The notes: generated by a model from the letters alone, not told the origin. Positions 1-9,686 are shown, counted from the first letter of the stretch. The stretch is 64,000 nucleotides of DNA from Akkermansiaceae bacterium (GCA_903878115.1 CAIRGO010000263.1:28991-92990); one strand, 5' to 3'. Program-made: numbers and translations.

Positions 1-748
1 ATACGATCATCGCATCAAGCGTGAGATAGCTATCACGTGATGACTTGGATTTCCCTACTGGCGTATGCGGCAGATCAGCAATCAGTCCAGGACGTGTTTT
101 GTCCGATTCATCATTCACGCGAATGACGCCGAAATAAATTTTCCCTCCTAACGGATCGACATATCGAATGGAAAATTGTGGCGTCGGTTTTTCTAACAAA
201 TCAGCAACCGCAATGATGGTTACGAAATGGGAGTCGATGGGGTTTCCTTGATCATAGCGGCGTAATCCTACGGTGGGGGGGAAGCCACGTTGCAGAGAAT
301 GGGATAATTTTGCATAACTGCTCGTTAATAAATTAACTGATGAGCGCGACTGGCGGGGTATGTGCAGTTGCAAGCGCGGTTGTGAAAATGGTTGGGCGAT
401 CTCGTTAGCGAGATCGGTGAGATCGGAAGCGTTGATCCCACGTCGCGACCAGCGGTAGCGGCTTGGAATGGAGGAAGACCATGTGCCGCCGTGTTTTACG
501 ATGATGTGGCGAAGGATGGCTTGATCGTTTTTTCCATCGATACTAGCAGCTACCTTTTGCCATGAGTCAGAGCCGAAGCGGAAAGAATTCACGATGGCCG
601 TGGGACCGCAGGCATTGCCCGCGATGCAAAGTTGATTCGCCGCCCGCGCTGAAGGATTCGGCGCGCTTGCCGCTGTTGGTGGTGCGCATTGCGAGCATAA
701 CAATGCCGACGCGATCAATAAAATGTCACGCAGAAGTCTATCCACCAT
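1..748 (-). CDS. Secreted hypothetical protein, possibly a papain-like (C39-like) cysteine peptidase; the 3' end runs off the window
   Basis: Hand translation of the minus strand from the ATG at 748..746 is open all the way to position 1. The product starts MVDRLLRDILLIASALLCSQC..., which looks like a signal peptide. NACGPTAIVNSF and a later SHFVTII resemble the Cys and His motifs of C39-like peptidases. The start lies 1 nt after the rseP stop (TAATATG). It is absent from the ORF track because it has no stop in the window. Confidence 0.5.
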   Translation of the reverse strand, partial: MVDRLLRDILLIASALLCSQCAPPTAASAPNPSARAANQLCIAGNACGPTAIVNSFRFGSDSWQKVAASIDGKNDQAILRHIIVKHGGTWSSSIPSRYRWSRRGINASDLTDLANEIAQPFSQPRLQLHIPRQSRSSVNLLTSSYAKLSHSLQRGFPPTVGLRRYDQGNPIDSHFVTIIAVADLLEKPTPQFSIRYVDPLGGKIYFGVIRVNDESDKTRPGLIADLPHTPVGKSKSSRDSYLTLDAMIV

Positions 749-749
749 A

Positions 750-2183
750 TTAAGGTGCGAAAATGATTTTTGAGTCCTTTTCTTTAGGTCCGAAAAATCC
801 GCCCACATCCTTAGAGGTGATGTAGAGGAAAAGACTGATTAGCAATAATGCGCAAGCTGATTGCACATATTCTAATAGGCGCGTTTTAACGGGTTTGCCC
901 GCTGCCATTTCCATCAGTGCTAATGTCGTATGACCACCATCGAGAACAGGGAAGGGGAGCATGTTGAAAATCGCGAGATTGACATTGATTAGCACCAAAA
1001 ATGCTAGCAGACGGCGCCAGCCATCGGCATCGGTTTTTAACAAGTTGAACTTTGCCTGTGCAATGCTGATCGGACCGCTGAGCTGATCCACGCCTATATT
1101 GGATTTTGGCGAGACTAATGCGCTAATCGTCGCCACCATCATTTTTACGCTGTCGGTGCACTGCTTGATTGGATTTGGGTTAACAATGTGTTTATCAAAA
1201 ACCCCATCCATATTCCAAGAAATGCCAAGCATGGGCGTTTTATCATTTGGCGGAAGTGGTTTGGTAGGTGTTACTTTGACATCGAGAGTAGCAGCGCCGC
1301 GTTTGATGCCCAGTGTGACTTCAGCGTAATTTTTGTTTTCAATATGTTGCGAAATTTGTCGAGTGCTCCATACAGGCACGCCATCGATGGTAGTGATTTG
1401 ATCACCCTTCAATAACTGCGCTTTGGCGGCGGGACTATTATCGATGAATTCATCAATGATCGCTGGATTAACGAATGTAAGACCTACTTGGCGCAGTCCG
1501 CGACGCTGATACCACGCAGTGTCTTTGATTTCAAATACCGAAGTGATGGTGCGCGGTTGCGTTTCGCCTTCACGTTGAACGGTAAAGTTGATGGTGTCAC
1601 CCTTGCTAAGCACGATGTTTTCGGTGATGCAATCCAATCCACCCATGAAACCGATCATTTTTTTGCCATTCACTTCTAGGATGTTGTCGCCTAACTGAAA
1701 TCCAGCTTTTTCCGCAGGGCTGCCTTTTTCAATGTAGCCGATTTGCGTAGCGTGGACGATGTCGATCGGTTTGCCTAATCCCCAAACGGCGAGACCAAGT
1801 GCCAGCGCTAGAAGCAGGGAGAAAATCGGTCCGGCAACGGCAACGATGATTTTATCCATCGGCGAAATCGGTGGCAATGGCTCGTCAGATTCACGCTCAC
1901 CTTCGATCGCATCCATCGGCGCTAATTGTGGCAATGCAACAAATCCACCCGCAGGGATCCAACCCAGGCCATACTGCACACCGTTTACGGTCTTCGACCA
2001 AATCGGCTTTCCAAACCACACTTGAAATTTATCGATCTTCAATCCACGCCAACGCGCTGCAAGAAAATGCCCGAGTTCGTGTACAAAAATCATCATGTTA
2101 AAACTTAAAATAACAACGATGATGAGAAGAATATTTAGCAAAGTTTCCATGCGGTGTGGGTAAAAGATAGACGGAAAAACCAT
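750..2183 (-). CDS. rseP: RIP metalloprotease RseP (site-2 protease, M50 family)
   Basis: HELGHF (HExxH) sits in the first TM segment. There is a central PDZ-like region (GSPAEKAGFQLGD, NSPAAKAQLLKGD). The C-terminal NMLPFPVLDGGH motif is typical of M50 proteases. Confidence 0.9.
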   Translation of the reverse strand: MVFPSIFYPHRMETLLNILLIIVVILSFNMMIFVHELGHFLAARWRGLKIDKFQVWFGKPIWSKTVNGVQYGLGWIPAGGFVALPQLAPMDAIEGERESDEPLPPISPMDKIIVAVAGPIFSLLLALALGLAVWGLGKPIDIVHATQIGYIEKGSPAEKAGFQLGDNILEVNGKKMIGFMGGLDCITENIVLSKGDTINFTVQREGETQPRTITSVFEIKDTAWYQRRGLRQVGLTFVNPAIIDEFIDNSPAAKAQLLKGDQITTIDGVPVWSTRQISQHIENKNYAEVTLGIKRGAATLDVKVTPTKPLPPNDKTPMLGISWNMDGVFDKHIVNPNPIKQCTDSVKMMVATISALVSPKSNIGVDQLSGPISIAQAKFNLLKTDADGWRRLLAFLVLINVNLAIFNMLPFPVLDGGHTTLALMEMAAGKPVKTRLLEYVQSACALLLISLFLYITSKDVGGFFGPKEKDSKIIFAP

Positions 2184-2216
2184 TTACGCAAGGCAGAACA
2201 TAAGTGCGAAAATAAC

Positions 2217-3044
2217 TCAGGTTTTTCTAGAAAGAATTCCGTGTTTCGGTGCGAAAAATAATGAGATGATGAAAAAAGCAGCCTGCGTTAGCACGATGCA
2301 CGCTCCGGTTGAGCCATCGATGTGATAGCTGATCAATATTCCAAGAATCGTAGAAATAACCGCTGATAGTACAGCGATCAGCAGCATGCTATCAAATCGA
2401 TCCGTCCATAGATGGGCGATGCTGCCCGGCGTTACTAACATCGCGATCACCAGAATAATACCTACGGCTTTGAGTGCTACAACGATTGATAACGATAATA
2501 AAACGAGCAATAAATAATTCAAAAACACCGCGCGGATGCCTAATACTTTAGCCTGATTCATATCAAAACAAACCAGCATAAGATCGCGTCGTAGCAATAA
2601 GATGACACCTGTCACAATGCCGCTGATCACAAATGTCTCCATGCGCTGCGCTGCTGTGATTCCTAAAATGTTCCCTAACAAAATATGATCAAGGTGCAAT
2701 TCAGAAGTGATACGACTAAACATCACCAAGCCAATGGCAAACAGTCCTGTAAACACCACGCCCATCACCGTGTCCTCTTTGATGCGACTGTGTTGCTTGA
2801 TAAACCCAGTGCTCACGGCGCAAAAAAGACCCGAGAGAAAGGCTCCAATCGCTAAGGGAATTCCCATAAAATAGGCGATCACGATGCCAGGCAAAACGGC
2901 ATGTGAAATGGCGTCTCCCATCAGCGACCATCCTTTGAGAATGAGAAAACATGAAAGAATGGCACACATCACTGCAATCACACTGCCAACCAACAATGCG
3001 TCTTGCATAAAAGGGTATTGCAGTGGTTCAAGTAAATGATTCAT
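2217..3044 (-). CDS. Metal (Mn/Zn/Fe) ABC transporter permease, ABC-3 family
   Basis: Polytopic membrane protein. It is paralogous to the upstream permease (KGWSLMGDAxSHAVxPG motif) and is the last gene of a sitABCD-like operon. Confidence 0.85.
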   Translation of the reverse strand: MNHLLEPLQYPFMQDALLVGSVIAVMCAILSCFLILKGWSLMGDAISHAVLPGIVIAYFMGIPLAIGAFLSGLFCAVSTGFIKQHSRIKEDTVMGVVFTGLFAIGLVMFSRITSELHLDHILLGNILGITAAQRMETFVISGIVTGVILLLRRDLMLVCFDMNQAKVLGIRAVFLNYLLLVLLSLSIVVALKAVGIILVIAMLVTPGSIAHLWTDRFDSMLLIAVLSAVISTILGILISYHIDGSTGACIVLTQAAFFIISLFFAPKHGILSRKT

Positions 3045-3882
3045 GATTTTTGATCCGCCGTTTTGCCGCTAGAATTCCATGTTTTGGCGCAAAGATAAAT
3101 GCTGCGAGAAAAAGCATTGTCTGCAATGTCACGATGCATCCTCCTGTGGCGCCATTGAAAAAATAACTCGCATAGGCACCGATCAATGATGTCGCCACAC
3201 CCATTAACGATGATAGCCATAGCATGTTACTAAATCGATCGGTGAGCAAATAGGCGGTTGCTCCGGGAGTCACTAACATCGCCACCACCAAACAAGCCCC
3301 CACTGTTTGCAGTGCGGCCACGGCGGTGGCAGAGAGCAAGGTAAGTAGCATCAAGTGCAGGCCACGAGTAGGCATTCCCAGTGTCCGCGCTTGATTGGGG
3401 TCAAAGCAGTAAAGCATCAAATCTTTCCACTTGAAGCCCAGGATCACCAATGTGGCGATACTCATGATCACCACTTGTATGATGTCGCTTGTAGAAATCC
3501 CCAGAATGTTGCCAAAGATGATGGTCTTCAAATCGACTCTCGCTGGGTAGAGTGAAATCAACAATAAGCCCAAGGCGAAAAATGAAGTGAAAATAATGCC
3601 AATGGTTGCATCTTCGCGAATGCGTGAATTAGCTTTCACAAATGCCATCGCCCCTGCGGCTAATAGCCCTGAAATAAAGGCGCCAAGCGCAAATGGCAAT
3701 CCTAACATGTAGGCAATCGCTACGCCAGGAACGACGGCGTGCGATAGCGCATCGCCCATCAGTGACCATCCTTTGAGAGTGATGAACGATGATAAAAATC
3801 CACAAACACCTCCGATCAATGCACTCACCCATATGGCGCGGAGCATGTAATCATAGTGAAAGGGCATGAGCAGATTTTCCAT
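3028..3882 (-). CDS. Metal (Mn/Zn/Fe) ABC transporter permease, ABC-3 family
   Basis: Carries KGWSLMGDALSHAVVPG and DPNQARTLG motifs typical of ABC-3 permeases. It overlaps the next permease by 17 nt. Confidence 0.85.
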   Translation of the reverse strand: MENLLMPFHYDYMLRAIWVSALIGGVCGFLSSFITLKGWSLMGDALSHAVVPGVAIAYMLGLPFALGAFISGLLAAGAMAFVKANSRIREDATIGIIFTSFFALGLLLISLYPARVDLKTIIFGNILGISTSDIIQVVIMSIATLVILGFKWKDLMLYCFDPNQARTLGMPTRGLHLMLLTLLSATAVAALQTVGACLVVAMLVTPGATAYLLTDRFSNMLWLSSLMGVATSLIGAYASYFFNGATGGCIVTLQTMLFLAAFIFAPKHGILAAKRRIKNHESFT

Positions 3883-3894
3883 ATCGCGTTGATG

Positions 3895-4782
3895 TTAGAG
3901 TTCTTCACGCTGCTTGACGATGTCTTCTCGACCCGTGCGATTTTTGTATTCCAAATGACCATCTTTTCCAAAAACCAATGGTCGTTCATCGTCGGTCAGA
4001 ACACGCACTGCCTTGCCATCATGGTCTTGAATGGTCGATTCTTCAAAATGAAATTGTCGCAGCACTCCACCAAAAGCGAGGCTAAGATTTTGCTCGGTGA
4101 ACACCTCATCCAGCGCACCATAGGCGAGAACGGTTTTGTTAATCAGTACCACTTGATCACAAAATTCCGGCACACTTCCTAGATTATGAGTGGATACTAA
4201 AATGATGCACCCCGCATCACGAAGTTCGCGCAGTAGTTCGATGATTGCCTCTTCGGTCTTTACATCGACGCCAGTGAATGGCTCGTCTAACAAAATAATC
4301 TGCCCAGCCTGTGCTAATGCTCGCGCGAGAAAGACTCGTTTTTTTTGTCCACCACTCAACTCCCCGATTTGGCGATCTTTGTACTCCCACATTGAGACGC
4401 GACGCAGGCTTTCCTCAACGATAGCGCGATGCTGAGCATTGGGGATTCGCATGAAATTCATTTCTCCATAAAGCCCCATCATCGTGACATCCCAAACACT
4501 AACAGGAAATTGCCAATCCACTTCTTCGCTCTGCGGCACGTAGGCGACTAATTGTTTTTTCAGGGCTTGATGAACTGGTAACTCATTGATGCGCACCGTG
4601 CCTTTTGTGGGATGCACAAAGCCCATGATGCTTTTAAATAGAGTCGATTTTCCACTGCCATTGATGCCAACAAGTGCGCAAATCGTGCCGCCCTTTAAAT
4701 GGAACGTGGCATCCTGAAGTGCCCGTTGTCCCGTAGCATAGGCCACTGAAACATCGACCACATCTAATCGTAATTCGCTCAT
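3895..4782 (-). CDS. Metal ABC transporter ATP-binding protein (Mn-type)
   Basis: Walker [13 protein letters not shown] signature LSGGQKKR, Walker B IILLDEP. It has a 4-nt overlap with the upstream binding-protein gene. Confidence 0.9.
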   Translation of the reverse strand: MSELRLDVVDVSVAYATGQRALQDATFHLKGGTICALVGINGSGKSTLFKSIMGFVHPTKGTVRINELPVHQALKKQLVAYVPQSEEVDWQFPVSVWDVTMMGLYGEMNFMRIPNAQHRAIVEESLRRVSMWEYKDRQIGELSGGQKKRVFLARALAQAGQIILLDEPFTGVDVKTEEAIIELLRELRDAGCIILVSTHNLGSVPEFCDQVVLINKTVLAYGALDEVFTEQNLSLAFGGVLRQFHFEESTIQDHDGKAVRVLTDDERPLVFGKDGHLEYKNRTGREDIVKQREEL

Positions 4783-5714
4783 GGTGTTGTAGAAAATCCT
4801 TTTACGATGGTTTCGGCATTTGCCTCTAATAATTTCAAATATGTGGGCGCTGGTCCGTTTGTACCAGTGAGTGAATCCACATAGAGAACGCCGCCGTAGT
4901 GCGCACCCGTTTCTTCACATACTTGGCGAATTGGTTTATCACTCACAGTGCTTTCGGAAAAAACGACGGGTATTTTGTTAGCGCGCACGAGGTCGATGAC
5001 ATGCTTCACCTGCTGCGGCGTGCCCATTCCATCCGCATTGATCGGCCACAGGTAGAGTGGCTTGAGATCATAATTGGCGCAGAGATAGGAAAATGCTCCT
5101 TCGCTGCTGACGAGCCAACGTTGCTCGGCAGGAATCGAAGATAATTTCTTGCGCACTGGCTCGTCCAATGCGGTTATTTTTGCGATATAGTTTTTTGCAT
5201 TCTCAGTGTAGATCGCTTCGTTTTCAGGATCCACTTTCACCAATGCTTTGCGAATGTTTTCCACGTAAATTTGCGCATTGGCTGGCGACATCCACGCATG
5301 GGGATTCGGCTTGCCGGTATAGGGTCCCTCGCTGATTCCCATCGGCGTGATGCCTTCTGTAAGAACAGCACTAGGCACATCATTTACATTGGCAAAAAAT
5401 TTCTCAAACCATAATTCCAGATTCATGCCATTCCATAAAACCAAGTCGGCTTTCTGCGCTTTGACGATATCTTTTGGTGTCGGTTCGTAGCCATGAATTT
5501 CAGCACCTGGCTTGGTGATGGATTCTACCTCTGCTTCATCTCCCGCAACTTCTCGGGTCATATCAGCAATGATGGTAAAGCTAGTGACAACGCGGATTTT
5601 TCCACTGCGCTCGGCTTGGGGAGCTTGGCGGCATGACACTAGTGTCAATGATAATGCCATCAACACGAAGGTGTTGATGCGGAGAATCAGTGAGCGAGCG
5701 CGAGCGACATTCAT
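4779..5714 (-). CDS. Metal ABC transporter substrate-binding protein (cluster A-I, PsaA/SitA/MntC-like)
   Basis: Signal or lipoprotein N-terminus (LTLVSC). HGYEPTP and NPHAWMSP metal-ligand motifs. It is the first gene of the operon. Confidence 0.85.
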   Translation of the reverse strand: MNVARARSLILRINTFVLMALSLTLVSCRQAPQAERSGKIRVVTSFTIIADMTREVAGDEAEVESITKPGAEIHGYEPTPKDIVKAQKADLVLWNGMNLELWFEKFFANVNDVPSAVLTEGITPMGISEGPYTGKPNPHAWMSPANAQIYVENIRKALVKVDPENEAIYTENAKNYIAKITALDEPVRKKLSSIPAEQRWLVSSEGAFSYLCANYDLKPLYLWPINADGMGTPQQVKHVIDLVRANKIPVVFSESTVSDKPIRQVCEETGAHYGGVLYVDSLTGTNGPAPTYLKLLEANAETIVKGFSTTP

Positions 5715-5757
5715 GTGAGTATGATATGACTTATATTTTCATATGCAACAAATTATT

Positions 5758-5771
5758 TTAGTCTCGACTAA
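5758..5771. promoter_or_regulatory. Candidate MntR/DtxR-family operator (palindrome TTAGTC-TC-GACTAA) in the divergent mntR / ABC-importer intergenic region
   Basis: Perfect 6-nt inverted arms separated by 2 nt. It sits in an AT-rich 89-nt divergent promoter region between the importer operon and mntR. Confidence 0.3.
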
Positions 5772-5803
5772 GAATTTAATTTGCTTTTTCCCTTTCTGTC
5801 ATT

Positions 5804-6250
5804 ATGATGCATTTCGTGACCACGCCAACAACTGTCACCAGTGCCTGTGAAGATTACCTTGAGAAGATTCATCATCTCATTGAAAGTAAGGGCTACGCTC
5901 GCGCCGTGGACATTGCAAGTGCACTCGGAGTTTCACAAGCAAGCGTATCGGCGATGATTCAACGTCTCGATGCCGAAGGTTATGTGGTGTATGAAAAATA
6001 TCGCGGTCTCACGCTGACGGAACACGGTAGGAATGTAGCAAAGAAAATTACCCATCGTCATGAGATTCTTACTCGATTACTCCGTCATTTTGGCATTGAT
6101 GAAGAGACGATTTACCAAGATGTGGAAGGTATGGAGCATCATATATCTGGCAAAACGTTGCATGCGTTCACTTTGCTTACCGAAGAGTTGGATCGTAATG
6201 CTCCATTGGTTGCCAATCTGCGGAAACGTCTCAAAAATGGGAAAAAGTAA
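5804..6250 (+). CDS. mntR: Manganese transport regulator MntR (DtxR family)
   Basis: EDYLEKIHHLIESKGYARAVDIASALGVSQASVSAMIQRLDAEGYVVYEKYRGLTLTEHG and DVEGMEHHIS closely parallel B. subtilis MntR as I recall it. It is divergent from the Mn importer. Confidence 0.85.
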   Translation: MMHFVTTPTTVTSACEDYLEKIHHLIESKGYARAVDIASALGVSQASVSAMIQRLDAEGYVVYEKYRGLTLTEHGRNVAKKITHRHEILTRLLRHFGIDEETIYQDVEGMEHHISGKTLHAFTLLTEELDRNAPLVANLRKRLKNGKK

Positions 6251-6364
6251 CACGTTTCTTCATGCTCGTCGCGGCACCGTCTGTTGGTGGATGACTCAAT
6301 CACCTGGATAATGACGACAATCTGTTATTGACATCATGAAGATCGTTTTTTAGCAACTTTCCCG

Positions 6365-7036
6365 ATGGATGAATGGTATTTTTCTAACAACGGCAACCAA
6401 GAAGGTCCCGTTACGGCTCCTCAATTGCAGGGGTTGCTGCGTGCTGGCGTGCTTAATGCCGAGCAAATTCTCGTCTGGAAAGAGGGTATGACCGAGTGGA
6501 GCAGCTTGCAGGATGCCGGACTTTTGGTGGCAACTACTCCTGTTGTCGCTGCTGGGCCATCTTATCAACTTACCACGAATCCTTATCTTCTTTCTGAGCG
6601 TAGTCAGCAAGCGCTGGCGTTTGATAATGATTCGTATGCTCCTAGCTATGAAGGCTATGGGCGATTAAAATATTTTCTGGTGTCGATGGGGGTTAGTGCG
6701 GTGTGTTACGGTGTTCTTTTCGCTGTGATGTTTGCTATTGTTAAAACTACTGAATCCTACGGCGCGGCTATTGGAGTGTTCGTTATTTTGAGTATTCTCT
6801 TCATGATTGCTACCCTGTATGTGGGCGCCCAACGCACCAAAAATCTGGGCATGTCTGGCGCTGCTATTTTGTGGACCTTTGTGCCTATTATGAATCTCTG
6901 GATCGGTTGGCGTATGATCGCGTGTCCGGAAGGCTATGAAGACCATCGCACTCTCGATGTTCCTGGTAAAGTGATCAGTGGTTTGTGGATTGGGATGATT
7001 GTTTTGGCGATTGGTTCATCGTTTATTAATGCTTAG
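6365..7036 (+). CDS. GYF_2 (DUF4339) domain protein with a C-terminal DUF805-like membrane domain
   Basis: N-terminus WYFSNNGNQEGPVTAPQLQGLLRAGVLNAEQILVWKEGMTEWSSL is the GYF_2 signature. The C-terminal half has 3-4 TM helices with an RTKNLGMSG motif like DUF805. Confidence 0.7.
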   Translation: MDEWYFSNNGNQEGPVTAPQLQGLLRAGVLNAEQILVWKEGMTEWSSLQDAGLLVATTPVVAAGPSYQLTTNPYLLSERSQQALAFDNDSYAPSYEGYGRLKYFLVSMGVSAVCYGVLFAVMFAIVKTTESYGAAIGVFVILSILFMIATLYVGAQRTKNLGMSGAAILWTFVPIMNLWIGWRMIACPEGYEDHRTLDVPGKVISGLWIGMIVLAIGSSFINA

Positions 7037-7383
7037 GTAATTGATGTCTGATGCCGATGCCAGTGATCTGGGCGAGCGTGACGATCCGATGGGAGAATCA
7101 TCCAGCACAGCATTATCACCGTATCTGGACCTTCCTATCAGGAATGCTTCTTCTGGTAGGTCTCTGCAGCTTAATCGTGCATTGCTCATTGTTGGTCTTT
7201 TTTGTCTAACAATAGTGTTTCTAAAATATACCGATTTCATGATAAAGTTTCGTTCATGAAGTTTGTGTGGATAAGTAAAATAGACACATCTCCGCAAATC
7301 CTCTTATTTTATTCGGCAGAATCTGCTTAGTATTTGATAAACGATGATGAGTGCAGAGTCGCTGGGTGACCTAGCTTGTCGCT

Positions 7384-8796
7384 ATGCAATCGTCTGGACC
7401 GAAGCGGCCAAATCTTGATAGCGTCACTACCATCAATAGTGACGGCTCTCACTACGTATTGCATCCGGCAGATGTGAAGGGACGATTTACTTCGATGCGA
7501 AGAGTTTTCGGGATCGTTTTGTTAGCCGTCTATGTGCTGTTGCCGTGGATTCCGATCAATGGTGCGCCGGCGGTTTTTCTCGATGTGGAAAATCGACGCT
7601 TTCATATCATGGGTCTCACTCTGATCCCCCAAGATTTGTGGGTGATGTTTTTTGCAATTACGGGAGTTGGCTTTGCTCTCTTTTGTGTAACTTCTTTGTT
7701 AGGTCGGCTGTGGTGTGGATGGGCCTGTCCTTATACCGTTTTCCTTGAGCATGTTTTTCGTAGGATCGAACGTCTCGTCGAAGGCGATGCACCTGCTCGT
7801 AAAAAATTAGACGTGTCTCCGTGGACAGGACGTAAAATCACGCTGCGCATCATCAAGCAAACTCTTTACGTGATCTGTGCCGGCGCGATTGCGCATGTGT
7901 TCATGTCATATTTTGTGTCGTTGCCGCGCTTGTATTCCTATGTGCAAGAAGGTCCGATGGCGCATGCCACTGTGTTTACTTTTGTCGTCACGCTGACGGC
8001 GATTTTGTGGTTTTGCTTTAGCATGTTTCGTGAGCAATTTTGCATTCTGATGTGTCCCTATGGTCGTTTGCAAAGTGCGCTGACTGATGATGATACGATC
8101 GTGATTGGCTACGATGAAAAACGTGGTGAGCCGCGAGGTGCCGTAGGCAAAACCGAGGGTGCCTGCATCGATTGTCGACGCTGCATCAATGTCTGTCCTA
8201 CGGGCATTGATATCAGAAATGGTCTGCAACTAGAGTGCATTGGTTGCGCGGCGTGCATTGATGCCTGCGATGAAATCATGATCAAAGTGGATCGCCCGAA
8301 GGGATTGATTCGCTATGATTCTCATAATGGATTGAATCGACAAAAACGTCGTATTTTACGCCCGCGCATCTACGCCTACATGCTGCTGGCATTGCTCGGG
8401 CTAGGTGTATTGGCGACGATCGCAAGTTCGCGGATTCGCCCCTATACCATCGAGTTCAATCGCATGCGTGGAGCTCCGTATTACATGGATGGCAGCATGG
8501 TGCGTAATCACTTTCAATTTCGTATTCTCAACAAACGCAATCAGCCAGCGACTGTGACGATGAGCATCAAGAATGGCGATGAAGGATTTTGCTTATCGGG
8601 AGCCGATGGCGTGATTACCTTGCCTGCTATGGGTGAGATGCAACGGACCGCCGTGGTGATCATCGCTAATGAAGCCTACACTGGTTCGAAAGATGTTGTT
8701 TTCACAATTCACGCCGAACCAGGAAATGTCACCTTTGAGCAAACAGTTCGTTTCTTAGGGCCTGATCCACGTTCACTTCATTTACCACCAAAATAA
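7384..8796 (+). CDS. ccoG: Cytochrome c oxidase accessory protein CcoG (FixG; 4Fe-4S protein)
   Basis: Carries CGWACPY, CPYGRLQ, CIDCRRCINVCPTGIDIR and CIGCAACIDACD motifs. TM helices and the C-terminal Ig-like region are typical of CcoG/FixG. Confidence 0.85.
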   Translation: MQSSGPKRPNLDSVTTINSDGSHYVLHPADVKGRFTSMRRVFGIVLLAVYVLLPWIPINGAPAVFLDVENRRFHIMGLTLIPQDLWVMFFAITGVGFALFCVTSLLGRLWCGWACPYTVFLEHVFRRIERLVEGDAPARKKLDVSPWTGRKITLRIIKQTLYVICAGAIAHVFMSYFVSLPRLYSYVQEGPMAHATVFTFVVTLTAILWFCFSMFREQFCILMCPYGRLQSALTDDDTIVIGYDEKRGEPRGAVGKTEGACIDCRRCINVCPTGIDIRNGLQLECIGCAACIDACDEIMIKVDRPKGLIRYDSHNGLNRQKRRILRPRIYAYMLLALLGLGVLATIASSRIRPYTIEFNRMRGAPYYMDGSMVRNHFQFRILNKRNQPATVTMSIKNGDEGFCLSGADGVITLPAMGEMQRTAVVIIANEAYTGSKDVVFTIHAEPGNVTFEQTVRFLGPDPRSLHLPPK

Positions 8797-8811
8797 TCAT
8801 TACTAACAAAT

Positions 8812-8979
8812 ATGCAAACTACCAATGTTACAACTCAGTCGTTCCTTAATCGCCATCCATGGATTTATGTGGTGTTGGCTTTTTTACTACTCATCAGTGC
8901 TTGGTCAGCGTTGATCACACTGGCAGTGAAAAATTCGCCTGCGCAGATTGAAGTTATCAAAGATCGATCTTCCAAATAA
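8812..8979 (+). CDS. Small single-TM protein (55 aa), hypothetical
   Basis: Hand translation gives MQTTNVTTQSFLNRHPWIYVVLAFLLLISAWSALITLAVKNSPAQIEVIKDRSSK. Its stop overlaps the next ATG (TAATG). It occupies the FixH-like slot after ccoG. It is below the ORF-track length cutoff. Confidence 0.35.
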   Translation: MQTTNVTTQSFLNRHPWIYVVLAFLLLISAWSALITLAVKNSPAQIEVIKDRSSK

Positions 8980-9686
8980 TGGAAATTACCACCACTGCAG
9001 GTGCCTTGTTGGCAGGTTTAGTGACCAGTGTTCATTGCGCTGGCATGTGTGGTCCTATAGCCTGTGGCATCGGCACTTTGGCGCGTAGCGAAAAAGAACG
9101 TCTCATCGCGGCGACCGTCTATCATGGTGCGCGACTATTTTCCTACAGCCTGATTGGCGCGGTGTGTGGCATGATTGGTAAGCAGCCACTCCAATGGTTT
9201 TTTGATTCTCCTGCTGTATTGTTGCCGTGGGCTTTGGTGGTCGGGTTGATTTTTTTGGCATTTGGTCTGGATAAAAAAATCCCTCGTCCCGCGATTCTGA
9301 ATCGCTTCACGGCGCGCAATCGTTTCAAAGCCAGCGCGCATGGCCCGACGACGGCTTCGGCGTTGATGGGATTTTTCACGCCCTTGCTTCCTTGCGGTCC
9401 GTTGTATGTGATGTTTGGCATCGCGTTATTATCGAGCAATGCGGCTCGTGGGGCAGAATTTGGCCTCGCTTTTGGTCTCGGCACCGTGCCATTGCTGTGG
9501 CTCGCGCAACATCAGTTTCATCGCTTGCGTTTGAAGCTCAGCCCACTAACCATGAGCCGTTTGCAGCGTGGATTGGCATTTGTCACTGCCTTGATCATGG
9601 CCTGGCGCCTTCATGATACCATTCCCTTGATGAATCAAACCGCCAGCGAGAAAAAAGAGCTGCCTAGTTGTTGCCACGAGGAGTGA
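8979..9686 (+). CDS. DsbD_2 / TauE-SafE-like membrane protein with Cys motifs
   Basis: Six predicted TM helices. HCAGMCGPIACG lies in TM1 and the C-terminal tail is PSCCHEE. This family commonly follows ccoG in cbb3 accessory clusters. Confidence 0.7.
   Translation: MEITTTAGALLAGLVTSVHCAGMCGPIACGIGTLARSEKERLIAATVYHGARLFSYSLIGAVCGMIGKQPLQWFFDSPAVLLPWALVVGLIFLAFGLDKKIPRPAILNRFTARNRFKASAHGPTTASALMGFFTPLLPCGPLYVMFGIALLSSNAARGAEFGLAFGLGTVPLLWLAQHQFHRLRLKLSPLTMSRLQRGLAFVTALIMAWRLHDTIPLMNQTASEKKELPSCCHEE

Noticed and set aside
275-281. Homopolymer G7 tracts (also at 32333..32339) and a T8 tract at 4336..4343, considered as phase-variation switches
   Set aside because: They are too short for efficient slippage and lie in ordinary codon contexts (FPPT, VPPVV, KK). 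There is no evidence of frameshifted alternative ORFs.
562-753. 63-aa plus-strand ORF
   Set aside because: It lies antisense within the longer uninterrupted minus-strand frame (1..748), which has a signal peptide and is coupled to rseP.
7016-7297. 93-aa minus-strand ORF in the 7037..7383 gap
   Set aside because: It has no signal, motif or neighbouring same-strand gene. It overlaps the slightly more plausible plus-strand small ORF, so it is probably non-coding.
8683-8690. GGTTCGAA (tRNA T-loop-like) strings here and at 58331..58339, considered as tRNA gene candidates
   Set aside because: Both lie inside well-supported CDSs (ccoG, secretin). They lack flanking acceptor and anticodon stem complementarity. 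No tRNA-like structure was seen in any intergenic gap.
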